From the NCBI GenBank assembly GCA_964016885.1, contig OZ024745.1, positions 86,924,001-86,988,000 of the forward strand: a DNA stretch of 64,000 bases, in the 5' to 3' direction. The translations under genes were made by a program, and so were the position numbers. This document shows, piece by piece, positions 1 to 10,395 of the stretch. Source of the stretch: Eledone cirrhosa. Its lineage: Eukaryota. Numbering within the stretch: position 1 is the stretch's first letter; each line of letters opens with the position of its first letter. A model generated the notes under the pieces. That model worked only from the letters and a program-made list of their open reading frames with translations, was not told where the DNA came from and made no database searches.

Positions 1-1969
1 GGCTAGAGTGTTAGCGTCGAGAACGGCACTGGACCAGTTCTTCGATGCGAAACACGAAGGCTGCGTGGTCAGAAGCTGGGCCCGAGTGGCGGAGGCGAAA
101 AGTGGCAACAAGTTCACGATTCGGTCTTTGAAAGAACAAAACGGACGTGTGCTACTTGAGCCCAAGCAAATGTGCGCGGTCTTTCAGCAGCAATTTGCGC
201 GACTGTTTGAGCAGAACGACGGCGAGCCGAACAAGGCAATGGACTTTAGTTAATACCTCAACGGCCTGCCGCGTCTCTCGAACATGGACGCCGAGTTCTG
301 CGAAAGACCGATCACGAACACTGAGATACGGGACGCTCTGGGCCGCTGAGGGAAACGCAAGTCACCCGGTCTAGATGGTCTACCCTATGAGTTTTACATA
401 GGCATGCCGGACTTGTTCTCTGGCGTCCTCGAAGCCGTCTACTGCAATTGGCAGCAGAACGTGAGAATTCCCAGTTCTGCAGGAAAGGGTGTAGTAACGC
501 TGATCAGGAAAGACGAGAACAAGGGGGACGAAATTAAGAACTTCAGGCCCATAACTTTGCTCAAAACCTGGTAGGGAAAGCGCAAAAAATGTGCAATCGC
601 GACCAGGTCCATACACGACAACCTCCACCTCATGCGATACATCATAGAGAGGGTGGGTAGTAAACCCGGCTTCGGTGGGGCTCTGATCAATTTGGATCAG
701 TTTAAGGCATTCGATAGGGTCGACCATCGATACTTGGAAACGGTTCTCAAGGCGGCCGGTTTCGGTCCCGTTTTCAGAGGATGGATCGAGGCGATGTACA
801 TCAGCATCTGCTCGAGGGTGAAGGTGAAGGGCTACTTATCGGAGCCGTTCGCAATCATGCGTTCTATTTTACAGGGGTGCCCTCTCTCCTCCATTCTGTA
901 TGTATTGACTCTAGAGCCACTACTGCGGAAATTGGAGCTGTTGCAGGGCATCTCTCTAGAACCGGGACTGCGCAAAGCGGCGTCGGCTTATGCCGACGAC
1001 ATGATGGTAATGGTGTCGAGCACTTCGGAAATCAAGGTGATCGGCAACTTACTGAAAGAATACGAAACGCTGACGGGAGCAAAACTAAACCCGGACAAGT
1101 CTGTCGGTTTGCAACTCGGTACGTGGAGAGGCAAACCGATGACGTCCGACAGCGTCGTTGGACGCTGGACGGACGGACCAGTGAAATTGCTCGGGGTCTG
1201 GTTCGGTCCAGACCGCCAGGTGGAGAAAAACTGGAACGTGGTCATGGCCAAGGTGTTTGCACTCACCCAGAAGTGGGCAGAGTGCAAACTGTACTTGAAA
1301 GGTCGAGCGGAGGTGGACGTGTCTAAGATGTACGCAGGACATTGAAACAGTCCTGCACGCAATTGTACACTTCCCGGGCGTAACCGACCTGTGGAACTAT
1401 GCAGAACAACTTCTGTCGCGTATGGAACAAATCCAGTTGACTGCGGAGTCCATAGTAAGGATCAAACCGCCAGCATCTTTCAAAAACGAAAGAGAGGCGG
1501 TTTTCCTCTGTACAGTGGCTATGGTGAAAGAACTTATATGGTGGACGAGATTGAGAGGACTGAGGACAGATCTCTTTCTCTCCGGGCAACAATTGATTCC
1601 CTTCTTTAAGTATCACTTTAGAAGGAGAATCAGAGTGGAGAGAGAGGCACTACACCCCAGTAAATTTACTGAAAGGTGGGTGAATGAAGCGAAAATGGCC
1701 CGAGTGATTGGGCCTTCTCTGTTTATAAGCCTGTAGGTTGAAGAAGAGAGCAAAAGGAAGAAGGGAACACTTGCACAGCACGCTCCTGGAGTTGAAGTTT
1801 GTTCTATCGACGGGGTATTAAACAACCCATTTGCGGCGCTTCTCCCCTATTGGGGATTTCGATTGTTGTAATTGTTTGTTTTTATATTTTTTACACGACT
1901 GTATGTAAAATCCCTGGTATGTCTTTGTATTGTCCCCTTTTCTTGTGCTCCCTTGTGGCAAATAAAGAA

Positions 1970-1970
<1 letters not shown>
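1..1970 (+). mobile_element. Tx1/L1-clade LINE, decayed ORF2 plus 3' UTR (5' end outside the window)
   Basis: ORF 632-1345 has RT motifs LDQFKAFDRVDH, QGCPLS and AYADD; C-terminal fragment at 1422-1736; stops and internal deletions; AATAAA at 1961 followed directly by (ATCT)n. Confidence 0.92.

Positions 1971-2056
<86 letters not shown>
1971..2056. repeat. (ATCT)n microsatellite between two tandem Tx1 elements
   Basis: Pure TATC repeat read directly. Confidence 0.98.
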
Positions 2057-2273
2057 AGACGTGTGTAACTTCGCGGAGAAGTTTCCGTTAATTTATGTAA
2101 GAAAAAAACGTGAGTTTTTAGTTAAATTTTATATCATTGTGTAACTTGACCCCCGTCTGAACCTTCAGGTGGTGGGTCAACTCATTTTCGCCCCTGCAGG
2201 GGCGGAATATTCATTTGAAAAATTTTTTCTCCATCGAATCTTGGAAAAAATGTTGTAAAGTTTTGATTACGTT

Positions 2274-4193
2274 ATGAACGCTGCGTCCAACGATAATGGT
2301 GGTGGAGAGGCGGTAAGACTACAAAGCTCGCAGTCAACAACGTCTTCTTCACTAGATACTATAGAAATGGAAAGACAAAATGAAAATATAAAAACGAATT
2401 CATATCCAAACAACACAAATGACACCAAACAGTTCAATGACAACAAAAATAGCAGCAACACCAATAATGATGATAAAAGCAACAATGATAAAAGCAACAA
2501 CAAAGAAAAAAATAAAGACAACACCAATAACACCAGCATCAAAGACAACAACAACACCAAGGAAAAGACGAATACTATCAACATCGGTGACAACAAGAAT
2601 AACAACAAGAATAACAACAATAATGACAACACCACCAATACGGATTCCACAAAGAAACCAAAAATCTCCTTTGCAGAGAAAGTTCAAAAGAAGGAAGAAT
2701 TGATATATCTCGACATAACAAATGCCGAACAACTTTTAAAGGACGCTAAGAGATATGTCACTTTCGAAAAAAATGGTGCTTTCAGCATCAATTCTCCGGT
2801 AGAAATTCGCAAGGAAACTGCTCTCAAAACGATAGTTTTTAGGACAGTTTCCAATTCTACCCGAAAACCAGTCCAATTGTCACAGAAAGAAATTGAACTG
2901 GTTTTCAAAAATTCAATGAATGATATTGCATTCATTCAAAGAAGCAAACTTTTTGGGAGTATTTCGGTACTCATGAAGGATCAATTGACGGCCCAAAATT
3001 ACTCTGTGTCGCCAATTGTATCCAACCTGTACACCTTTTTCCCTACATACATGGGAAAAAGGACACAAAAGATCAGAATCACGAGTGTCACACCAAAGGT
3101 GAACATATGGTGGATACTGTGCGGCTTCATCAATTTTGATGAAGACAGAATACTGTCAGTAGGAAAGTCCCCCAGAGATGTATTCAATGGGACTAGCATT
3201 GAAGTTCTGGTGCAAATGAGCCCAGAGCGAATAGCTATGATCCCACAGCGTGTACTCCTGGACGGACTCACCTACATAAACTTTTCGGTTGAGGGTAGGC
3301 GGCCTTCATGTTACCATTGCTTTAGCAGGGGTCACCTGAAGGCTTCCTGTCCTAAATTAATGAACCAAAAAAAGGCTCTTCTGCCAACACCCATCAAAAC
3401 AACACAACCACCAACACCACCACAACAACAACAACACCAACACACAAAAATAACCACAACAAACACAGTCCCACCCAACCCCACTCCACCTAAAACCACT
3501 GCAAAATCACATACAGACACAACAGCTCCCCAAGACATACCCCTCCCCAGTCACACAGACGATACAACAGATGAGGCTATCTCGCCATCACCCAGTGAAG
3601 ACGAGGGAGAACCCCATCGCTCGAAAAGAAAGAAAAGACATCACAAAAGCGATAAACCAGCAAACACTACCACAAACATACAACCACCAACACAAAAAAC
3701 AAAAACATCACAAACAAAACCCCCACCTCCTGAAAACAAAATACCTACAACAAAACGAAAGCACACACAAGAACTACAGACAAAAACAAACACAACACAA
3801 GAAAATTACACTTACACTTACATAAACACTGAAAACAAAACACTAATGGAGACTATCACGAACGACCCTTCGGTGAAAACCGAAGGGAAAACTTTCGCCC
3901 ACTCTATTAAAAATAGCAAAAAACTGAACCTAAATCTGATTAGGGTCCCTATACAAACTTATAGGTCCCTAAAAGAAACATTTCAGAAGGATGTGGGGAA
4001 TTCCTGCGTGAAACCACTCAACCGAGTCCTTCTCAAATGTCTCCCCACCCCAGACACCCCCATCCCACCAGACCCCACCCCACCAAACATCTGCGTCCCC
4101 ACCCCGCCGGAAACCATCACCCATCCAGAAAACCCCTCCAACACCCCCATGGAAATCGTGCGTCCTGGTCCCCAGGAGGCGAAGGGTGAGTGA
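2274..4193 (+). CDS. LINE ORF1, gag-like RNA-binding protein with a CCHC zinc knuckle (639 aa, open)
   Basis: Asn-rich N-terminus, VEGRRPSCYHCFSRGHLKASCP (CX2CX4HX4C), Pro/Thr-rich linker; lies directly upstream of ORF2. Confidence 0.88.
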   Translation: MNAASNDNGGGEAVRLQSSQSTTSSSLDTIEMERQNENIKTNSYPNNTNDTKQFNDNKNSSNTNNDDKSNNDKSNNKEKNKDNTNNTSIKDNNNTKEKTNTINIGDNKNNNKNNNNNDNTTNTDSTKKPKISFAEKVQKKEELIYLDITNAEQLLKDAKRYVTFEKNGAFSINSPVEIRKETALKTIVFRTVSNSTRKPVQLSQKEIELVFKNSMNDIAFIQRSKLFGSISVLMKDQLTAQNYSVSPIVSNLYTFFPTYMGKRTQKIRITSVTPKVNIWWILCGFINFDEDRILSVGKSPRDVFNGTSIEVLVQMSPERIAMIPQRVLLDGLTYINFSVEGRRPSCYHCFSRGHLKASCPKLMNQKKALLPTPIKTTQPPTPPQQQQHQHTKITTTNTVPPNPTPPKTTAKSHTDTTAPQDIPLPSHTDDTTDEAISPSPSEDEGEPHRSKRKKRHHKSDKPANTTTNIQPPTQKTKTSQTKPPPPENKIPTTKRKHTQELQTKTNTTQENYTYTYINTENKTLMETITNDPSVKTEGKTFAHSIKNSKKLNLNLIRVPIQTYRSLKETFQKDVGNSCVKPLNRVLLKCLPTPDTPIPPDPTPPNICVPTPPETITHPENPSNTPMEIVRPGPQEAKGE

Positions 4194-4226
4194 TCTCTTT
4201 TCCTCTTTTAACTTTTCAGCACCAAC

Positions 4227-7200
4227 ATGGCCAATATAAGAGTTGGATGTGTGAACGTACGCGGCCTGGGGATGCCCTGGAAACAGGGCAAACTCGTAAA
4301 CGACGTCAGGTCGCACAGTATGGATGTGGTAGCCATTTGCGAGTCCAGGATCCACGGCGAGCGACAGCTGTCCCCCATCTTCGATGACTTTGAGATCTAC
4401 GCATCTCTCTGTCAACCGGGGGGTGGGGGCGGAGTTGCCGTTTTGCTGCGGAAACACCTGGGCCTTGTAACACAGACGGTACATCTGGACCCGGTGGGTC
4501 GACTGGTGGTCCTAGACGTTGACGGTAGTGAAGGTGGAGCCTTCAGGCTGGTGGCCGCATATGCCCCATCCGGAACACCGCGGCCAGACTTCTTCAAACG
4601 TCTAGAGACTTTTCTGGGAACGTCCCGCTCCTTGCTTTTAGTGAGGGACTGGAATGGGATCCTAGATGCACGTTGGGACTATGTGGGAGCATGTCCCGAA
4701 AAAGGGTGGCGTAACAGCCTCAAACAGTTAATTGATCGATTTGACCTGGCCGATAGATATCGACTAGATTTTCCGACTGTGCCACTGTGGACGTGGACTA
4801 ATCGCTGCGGAACATCTAGATCATACCTAGATAGGGTTCTAGTTAGAAATAAGGATAGGGACATGTTAAGATGTCCACAAATGTTCATGGTTGCCTATTC
4901 AGATCACAAACTAGTGACCTGCATGGCCAACCTTGATAGAACCCATAGACAAGGACCCGATTACTGGAAGCTGAACTTGTCGTTACTGACAAGCAAAGCC
5001 TACAGTAGACGGATTAGCACTTTAGTTAAACAGCACTTGACAGGGGCCATTGTCAACAACAGATGGTGGTACTCTCTCAAGAGGGCAGTTAGATTAGACT
5101 CGATAGTTTTTAGTAAAGAATTAGCGTTAGATAGAAATAGAACCGAGAAGGAACTGGTAGATAAAGTAGAAGAGGCTATTAGAAGTGGCAACGTAGCCAG
5201 CGTGCTAGCAATGAGAACGGCCTTGGACCAGTTCTTCAACGAAAAGCACGAGGGCTGCGTTGTCAGAAGCAAAATACGTGCTCTGGGAAACGAGGGAGCC
5301 AAAATTGTTAGCTGGGCCCGAGTGACGGAGGTAAACATGGCAACAAGTCCACGATTCGGTCTTTGAAGGACCAAAACGGACGCGTGATACGTGAGCCGAA
5401 GCAAATGTGTGCGGCTTTTCAGCGGCAATTTGCTCAGCTGTTCGGGGGTGGGGCCGGGAGAGGCTATGAATTTCGGTCCATACCTCGACGGCCTACCGCG
5501 ACTCTCGGACAGCGAGGCAAAGTTCTGCGAAAAGCCGATTTCAATCGCAATCCCGACAAGATCCATATACGACAACCTCCACCTCATGCGATACATCATA
5601 GAGAGGGTAGGGTGTAAACCCGGCTTCGTTGGGGCCCTGATCAACTTGGATCAGTCTAAGGCTTTCGATAGGGTTGACCATCGTTACCTGGATGCGGTGC
5701 TCGAGGCGTTAGGCTTCGGACCCCTGTTCAGGGGCTGGATTGCTGCAATGCACAACAGCAACATCTACTCAAGGGTCAAGGTGAACGGCTACCTCTCGGA
5801 GCCGTTCCATATTACGCGATCCATTCGACAGGGATGCCCTCTCTCCTCCCTTCTGTACGTACTGAATCTCGAGCCACTACTGCGGAAGTTGGAGCTATTG
5901 CAGAGCATCCCTCTGGAACCGGGACTGCGGAAAGCGGCGTGGGCCTATGCCGACGACGTGACAGTAATGGTGTCGAGCACCTCGCAAATCGAGGAAGTCG
6001 CCACCTTACTGAAGGAATACGAAAGTTTCACAGGAGCGAAGCTGAACCGGGACAAGTCCATCGGTTTGCAACTAGGATCGTGGAGAGGCAAACCGATGCC
6101 TTCCGATGGCGTCGCCGGACGCTGGACGGAAGGACCGGTAAAGCTGCTCGGGGTCTGGTTTGGTCCGGACCTCCAGGTGGAGAAGAACTGGAACGCAGTG
6201 ACGGCCAAGGTGTTTGCACTCACCCAGAAGTGGGCTGAGTGCAAACTATCCTTGAAAGGTCGAGCGGAGGTGGCGAACACTTTTATAGCGTCCGCCATCT
6301 ACTACCGCTTGACCGTCGTGCCTTGTCCAGCCAAAACGCTCGCCAAAATGGAACGCGTGCTCTCCCAATTCCTTTGGAAGAAGCGGGCTCCTTTGGTGAG
6401 AAGATCCATCTGCTGCCAACACCCTTCTAACGGAGGGCTGGGGATGCCGTGGTTGACGATGCGCAAACAAGCGCTCAGGCTGCGGCATCTCTACGTATTC
6501 CTCACCGGACAACCGGTGTGGTCCTCGTTCGTGAGGCGAGCCTTCCCACGACTCGTCTCGCTGACCGAGCTGCAGTCCTGGGTCAAGCAAAGACCGAGGA
6601 AAATGGGCGACTGGCACATTGAATGTGCTCAGGCGCTCACAGCCCTCTGGCAGGCGGACCCGGCGATCAGTGGAGACTCCACTTCGTCATTCTATAGAGG
6701 GTTGATCCGCAGCAAGTGCGACGACGCGCTCGGTGAAACTCTAGGCGTAGAGGAAGATGAACTGGACAGTCTGTTCGGTAGGACCTTCCGCCCGGGACCG
6801 ATGGACAACTTCCAAAAGTCCCTGGCCTGGCAGTGCTACCGAGGAGCTCTACCAGTTCGAGACAAGCTCTACAGACATGGGCGCCCGGGCAGGGACCCTG
6901 CAAAAAATTCTGGCCGAGGTGCGTGCGAGACGAAGAAACCGTCGCGCACGCATTCATACACTGCCCGGGCGTCACTGACCTGTGGGGCTATGTGGAACGA
7001 CTATTGTCGCGGGTGGGACCAATCCAGTTGACCACCGCGTCCATTGTCATGATCAAACCGCCACCCTCCTTCAAAAACGAAGGAGAGGCGGTTTACCTTT
7101 GTGTGATAGCTATGGCGAAAGAGGTTGTATGGTGGACAAGGTTGAAAGGGCTGAGGTCAGACACCTTTCATCCGGCCAACAACTGATTCTTTTTTTCAAA

Positions 7201-7326
7201 TACCACTTTGGAAGAAGAATCAGGATGGAGAGAGAGGTGCTGTACCCCAGCAAGTTTTATGAAAGGTGGGTGAAAGTGGCGAGAATGGCCCGAGTGAATG
7301 GGCCTTCTCTCTATATCAGCCTGTAG
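4227..7326 (+). pseudogene. Tx1 ORF2 (AP endonuclease + reverse transcriptase), frameshifted and internally deleted
   Basis: APE motifs NVRGL, AICES, YAP, DWN, SYLDR, SDH; RT motifs LDQSKAFDRVDH, RQGCPLS, YADD; split into 4227-5366, 5391-7031, 6833-7186 and 6982-7326; ~0.3 kb missing near 5540 relative to the 28.5-kb and 34.4-kb copies. Confidence 0.92.
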
Positions 7327-7566
7327 GTTGAGGAAACGGAGGAGGAGAGGAAAGGAGTACAAACTCTTCGTACTCCTGGAGATGAGGGTTGCACATTTTT
7401 TTCGGGGGTATGTGTTACCCATATAAACTGTCTCCCCCTATTGGGGAAAATCGATTAACTTTTTAAATTCCATTTGTGATAACATTTTACACGTTTTTAT
7501 TGTATGTAAACTTCCCCCTTTGTATTTGTCCCCTTCTTTTGTGCCCCTGTGGCTAATAAAGAAACA

Positions 7567-7604
<38 letters not shown>

Positions 7605-7680
7605 CCTCTCTATCTATGTTTTTAACTATCCATCCATACATACATCTATCTATCCATCAATCCATCTATCTACATATCTG
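7567..7680. repeat. (ATCT)n, pure then degenerate
   Basis: Direct reading. Confidence 0.9.
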
Positions 7681-7684
7681 TGGA

Positions 7685-7716
<32 letters not shown>

Positions 7717-8022
7717 CGTGCACATGTCTGTGTTACGTATATGTGTATGTGTGTACATAAAAATAGGGTATCGCAGCCTGAATAATGAGAGTGGAAAAGA
7801 GAATTGAATCAACTGAGACTATCCTTGCAATTTCAAAGCCGAAATTCCCTCTCGTTAAAGTGGTTGTTTATGAGTTAAGAAATAAGTAAAGGTGAGACAA
7901 CCTATCATCTGAGCAGGTTTGAGTCTTGTCTCACAGGAATTTATTTTGTTAATGCCTACTACCTACTCTTGTTGTTTACGTCTGTCACGTTCTTGGAGTT
8001 CAGAAGCATGAACATTCTATTG

Positions 8023-8483
8023 CAGAGGTTCTTAAACCTTTGGGGCCACCGCCCCCTCACGACCACGTAATACCCTCAGCTCCCCCAACCCTATTTCCAG
8101 AGAGACCTGCCTACATGCAAATTGTAAATAATATATAATAAATACAATCGTTAATTTATATATAATAAATAATTGTTTCTACTTTAGGCACAAAGCCAGC
8201 AACTACCAAGTACATTAGTGGCACTTTATTTTATCGACCCCGTAAGGATGAAAGGCAAAGTTAACCTCAGCGGAATTTGAACTCAGTCCGTAAAGGGACG
8301 TAACTGTGCTGCAAAGCATGGCGTCCGACTCTCTACCGATACTGCCAATCCACCATATTATATTTATATATATGTATAATTTGGTATTTAACATACTATT
8401 ATATCATCTCTACCGGCTTCAATGCCCCCTGGACCATCTCAACTCCCCCAGTTGACTGGTAGCGCCCATTTTGTGAAACGCTG
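8023..8483. mobile_element. hAT (Charlie-like) MITE
   Basis: Ends CAGAGGTTCTTAAAC and TTTTGTGAAACGCTG; 8-bp TSD TTCTATTG/TTCTATCG; the empty site TTCTATCG is present once in the uninterrupted unit at ~8604. Confidence 0.8.
8168..8355 (-). mobile_element. tRNA-derived SINE nested in the MITE
   Basis: A box TGGCAGTATCGG, B box GAGTTCAAATT, core GCCTTTCATCCTTACGGGGTCGATAAAATAAAG (resembles the MetaSINE core as I recall it). Confidence 0.88.
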
Positions 8484-9279
8484 TTCTATCGTCTAAGTTG
8501 GTCCGAGTCTTGTCTCACAGGAATTTATTTTGTTAATGTCTGCTATCTACCCTTGATAGTAACGTCTGTCACGTTCTTGGAGTTGAGAAACAAGGGTGAG
8601 ACATTCTATCGTCTGAGCAGGTCTGAGTCTTGTCTCACAAGAATTTATTTTGTTAATTTCTACTACCTAGCCTTGATATTAACGTCTGTCACGTTCTTAA
8701 ACTGTAGCTAACACCAAAGAGTTTAATCTTCCTTCATCACAAGAATGGTGGGTTGTTAAATAATTAAAACCGTAAATAAAATGTATGAGAATATTGTATC
8801 GATATTACGATTTTAGTTCAGGTACTGCTGTGATCGGATATTCACTTCTTTCATCATTCTGAGATAGATCAAATATGAACAAATGCGTACTGGGTCACTA
8901 TAACCAACGTTGCCGCACAATCAAAATTTGTGGTTTAGTATCTACGTAAGAATTCAATATAATGGCTTTCATTTTTTCAGATGCAAGCCTGGCTATATGG
9001 TATATAATATTTCTCTATGTAAAGTAGAAGTATTCCTTCTTTTTTTGTTTGCATATTTATTCTTTGTTTATGTTTTGTGTGTTTGTTACTGTGGTTGCTG
9101 CGGTTTTAGGATTTTCGTGAGATGCGCATAGTGTATATTTTGATTGTTATATATCTGTTTTCGATAGCGATTTTGGAGATACTGATTGTCAGATTCAAAT
9201 CTATGTAATATTATTTTTTGTTGTATGTGTGTCTACATTCATTTTGTGATCATATGTTGCTCTAGATGTGTATGCTTAG

Positions 9280-9323
<44 letters not shown>

Positions 9324-9357
9324 ATATATATATATATTTATTAAAATAACAGATTAA

Positions 9358-9407
9358 AGTTTAAGCAAAGAATCGCTGCTTTCACCCTTAACGGAATCTT
9401 CTGAAAC

Positions 9408-9408
<1 letters not shown>
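9358..9408 (-). ncRNA. Hammerhead-like motif (CAGAAGA core) in a solo pLTR fragment of Naiad family B
   Basis: 9335-9410 is nearly identical to 58005-58080 and is flanked by (TA)n. Confidence 0.6.
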
Positions 9409-9474
<66 letters not shown>

Positions 9475-9550
9475 ATATATGTATATGTATATATGCATAT
9501 ATATGTATACATGTATATATAAGTATGTATATGTATGTAAGTATGTATTT

Positions 9551-9922
9551 CTAGGGCGGGTAAAATTCCAAAGATCCATGGACGAGTTCTCTCCAGCGGT
9601 CTCTGCCCCTCATTATCGCTGCCATGTCCTGCATCTCTAACAGACCAGTGTCTGTTCTTAGGGCATCAACATACGTTAACCTTGGTCTTCCTCTTCCAGT
9701 GTGTCCATGTAGGGGCTCCCACAGGAGCACTGAGTGCAATGTCAACTCTGGATGTCGGTGAGCATGTCCAGCTAACCTCAGTCTCCTCTGTGTCTCTTTT
9801 GAGCTGACTTTTGGGAGGCTCCCATACAGCTCTGAGTTTTTCATCCTCAGTGTATACTGATTAATGTTCAGAACCATCCTCACCATTCTCGTGCAGGACC
9901 TATCCACCATCTGAGTGAGTTT
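9551..9922 (-). mobile_element. RTE/RTEX-like LINE 3' fragment
   Basis: RRLRLAGH...[21 protein letters not shown]...DRDRW-type C-terminus; sister copy at 42766-43099. Confidence 0.8.
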
Positions 9923-10395
9923 CTATATGTACATGTATAAATCTCTCTCTATATAAATGCATATATATAAATATGTATAACACACACATACACACACACA
10001 CATATATAGGATTAAACATAATTCTATTACAACAGCTATTCTGATAAATATAATATAGCTCGTTCGTTATAGATTTATTTGTTTATATATTTAATATGTT
10101 TATTTATACTACTGTCGAACATTAAGCAATAATAATAGGAACATTGATCTGAATAAGATGAAAGTTAGGTAAAGGCGAAAAAATAACGTAAAATACAAAC
10201 ACTCCCAAGTATTTCGCTGTAAATTTAGTGCCAGATACAAAGTATATTCATAAACAATTAGTTTGTTTTCACCTATTCAAATTGAAATTGTCCGGTCTTC
10301 ATGTATTGCATGGATTTGTGCCGGACATTGAAGGGGAATGAGTTGGAAACGGATCCAAAATAATGTTAATATATATATAATTATATATATATATA

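Larger units (their letters stand above)
2057..7565 (+). mobile_element. Near full-length Tx1-clade LINE flanked by (ATCT)n
   Basis: 5' UTR, ORF1, ORF2 (APE + RT + C-terminal Cys region), 3' UTR ending AATAAAGAAAC; (ATCT)n on both sides. Confidence 0.93.
7889..8700. repeat. ~120-bp minisatellite, 3 copies, the second interrupted by a MITE
   Basis: GAGTCTTGTCTCACAGGAATTTATTTTGTTAAT...ACGTCTGTCACGTTCTT recurs at ~7921, ~8505 and ~8625. Confidence 0.85.

Noticed and set aside
4186-4219. Mini-intron fusing ORF1 to ORF2
   Set aside because: Only 34 nt, the product is out of frame with the ORF2 ATG, and the other two linkers lack an AG.
5000-6975. Recurrent antisense ORFs over Tx1 ORF2 (MIRAPP..., ...TSSA)
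   Set aside because: Shadow frames of homologous GC-rich coding sequence; no independent motifs.
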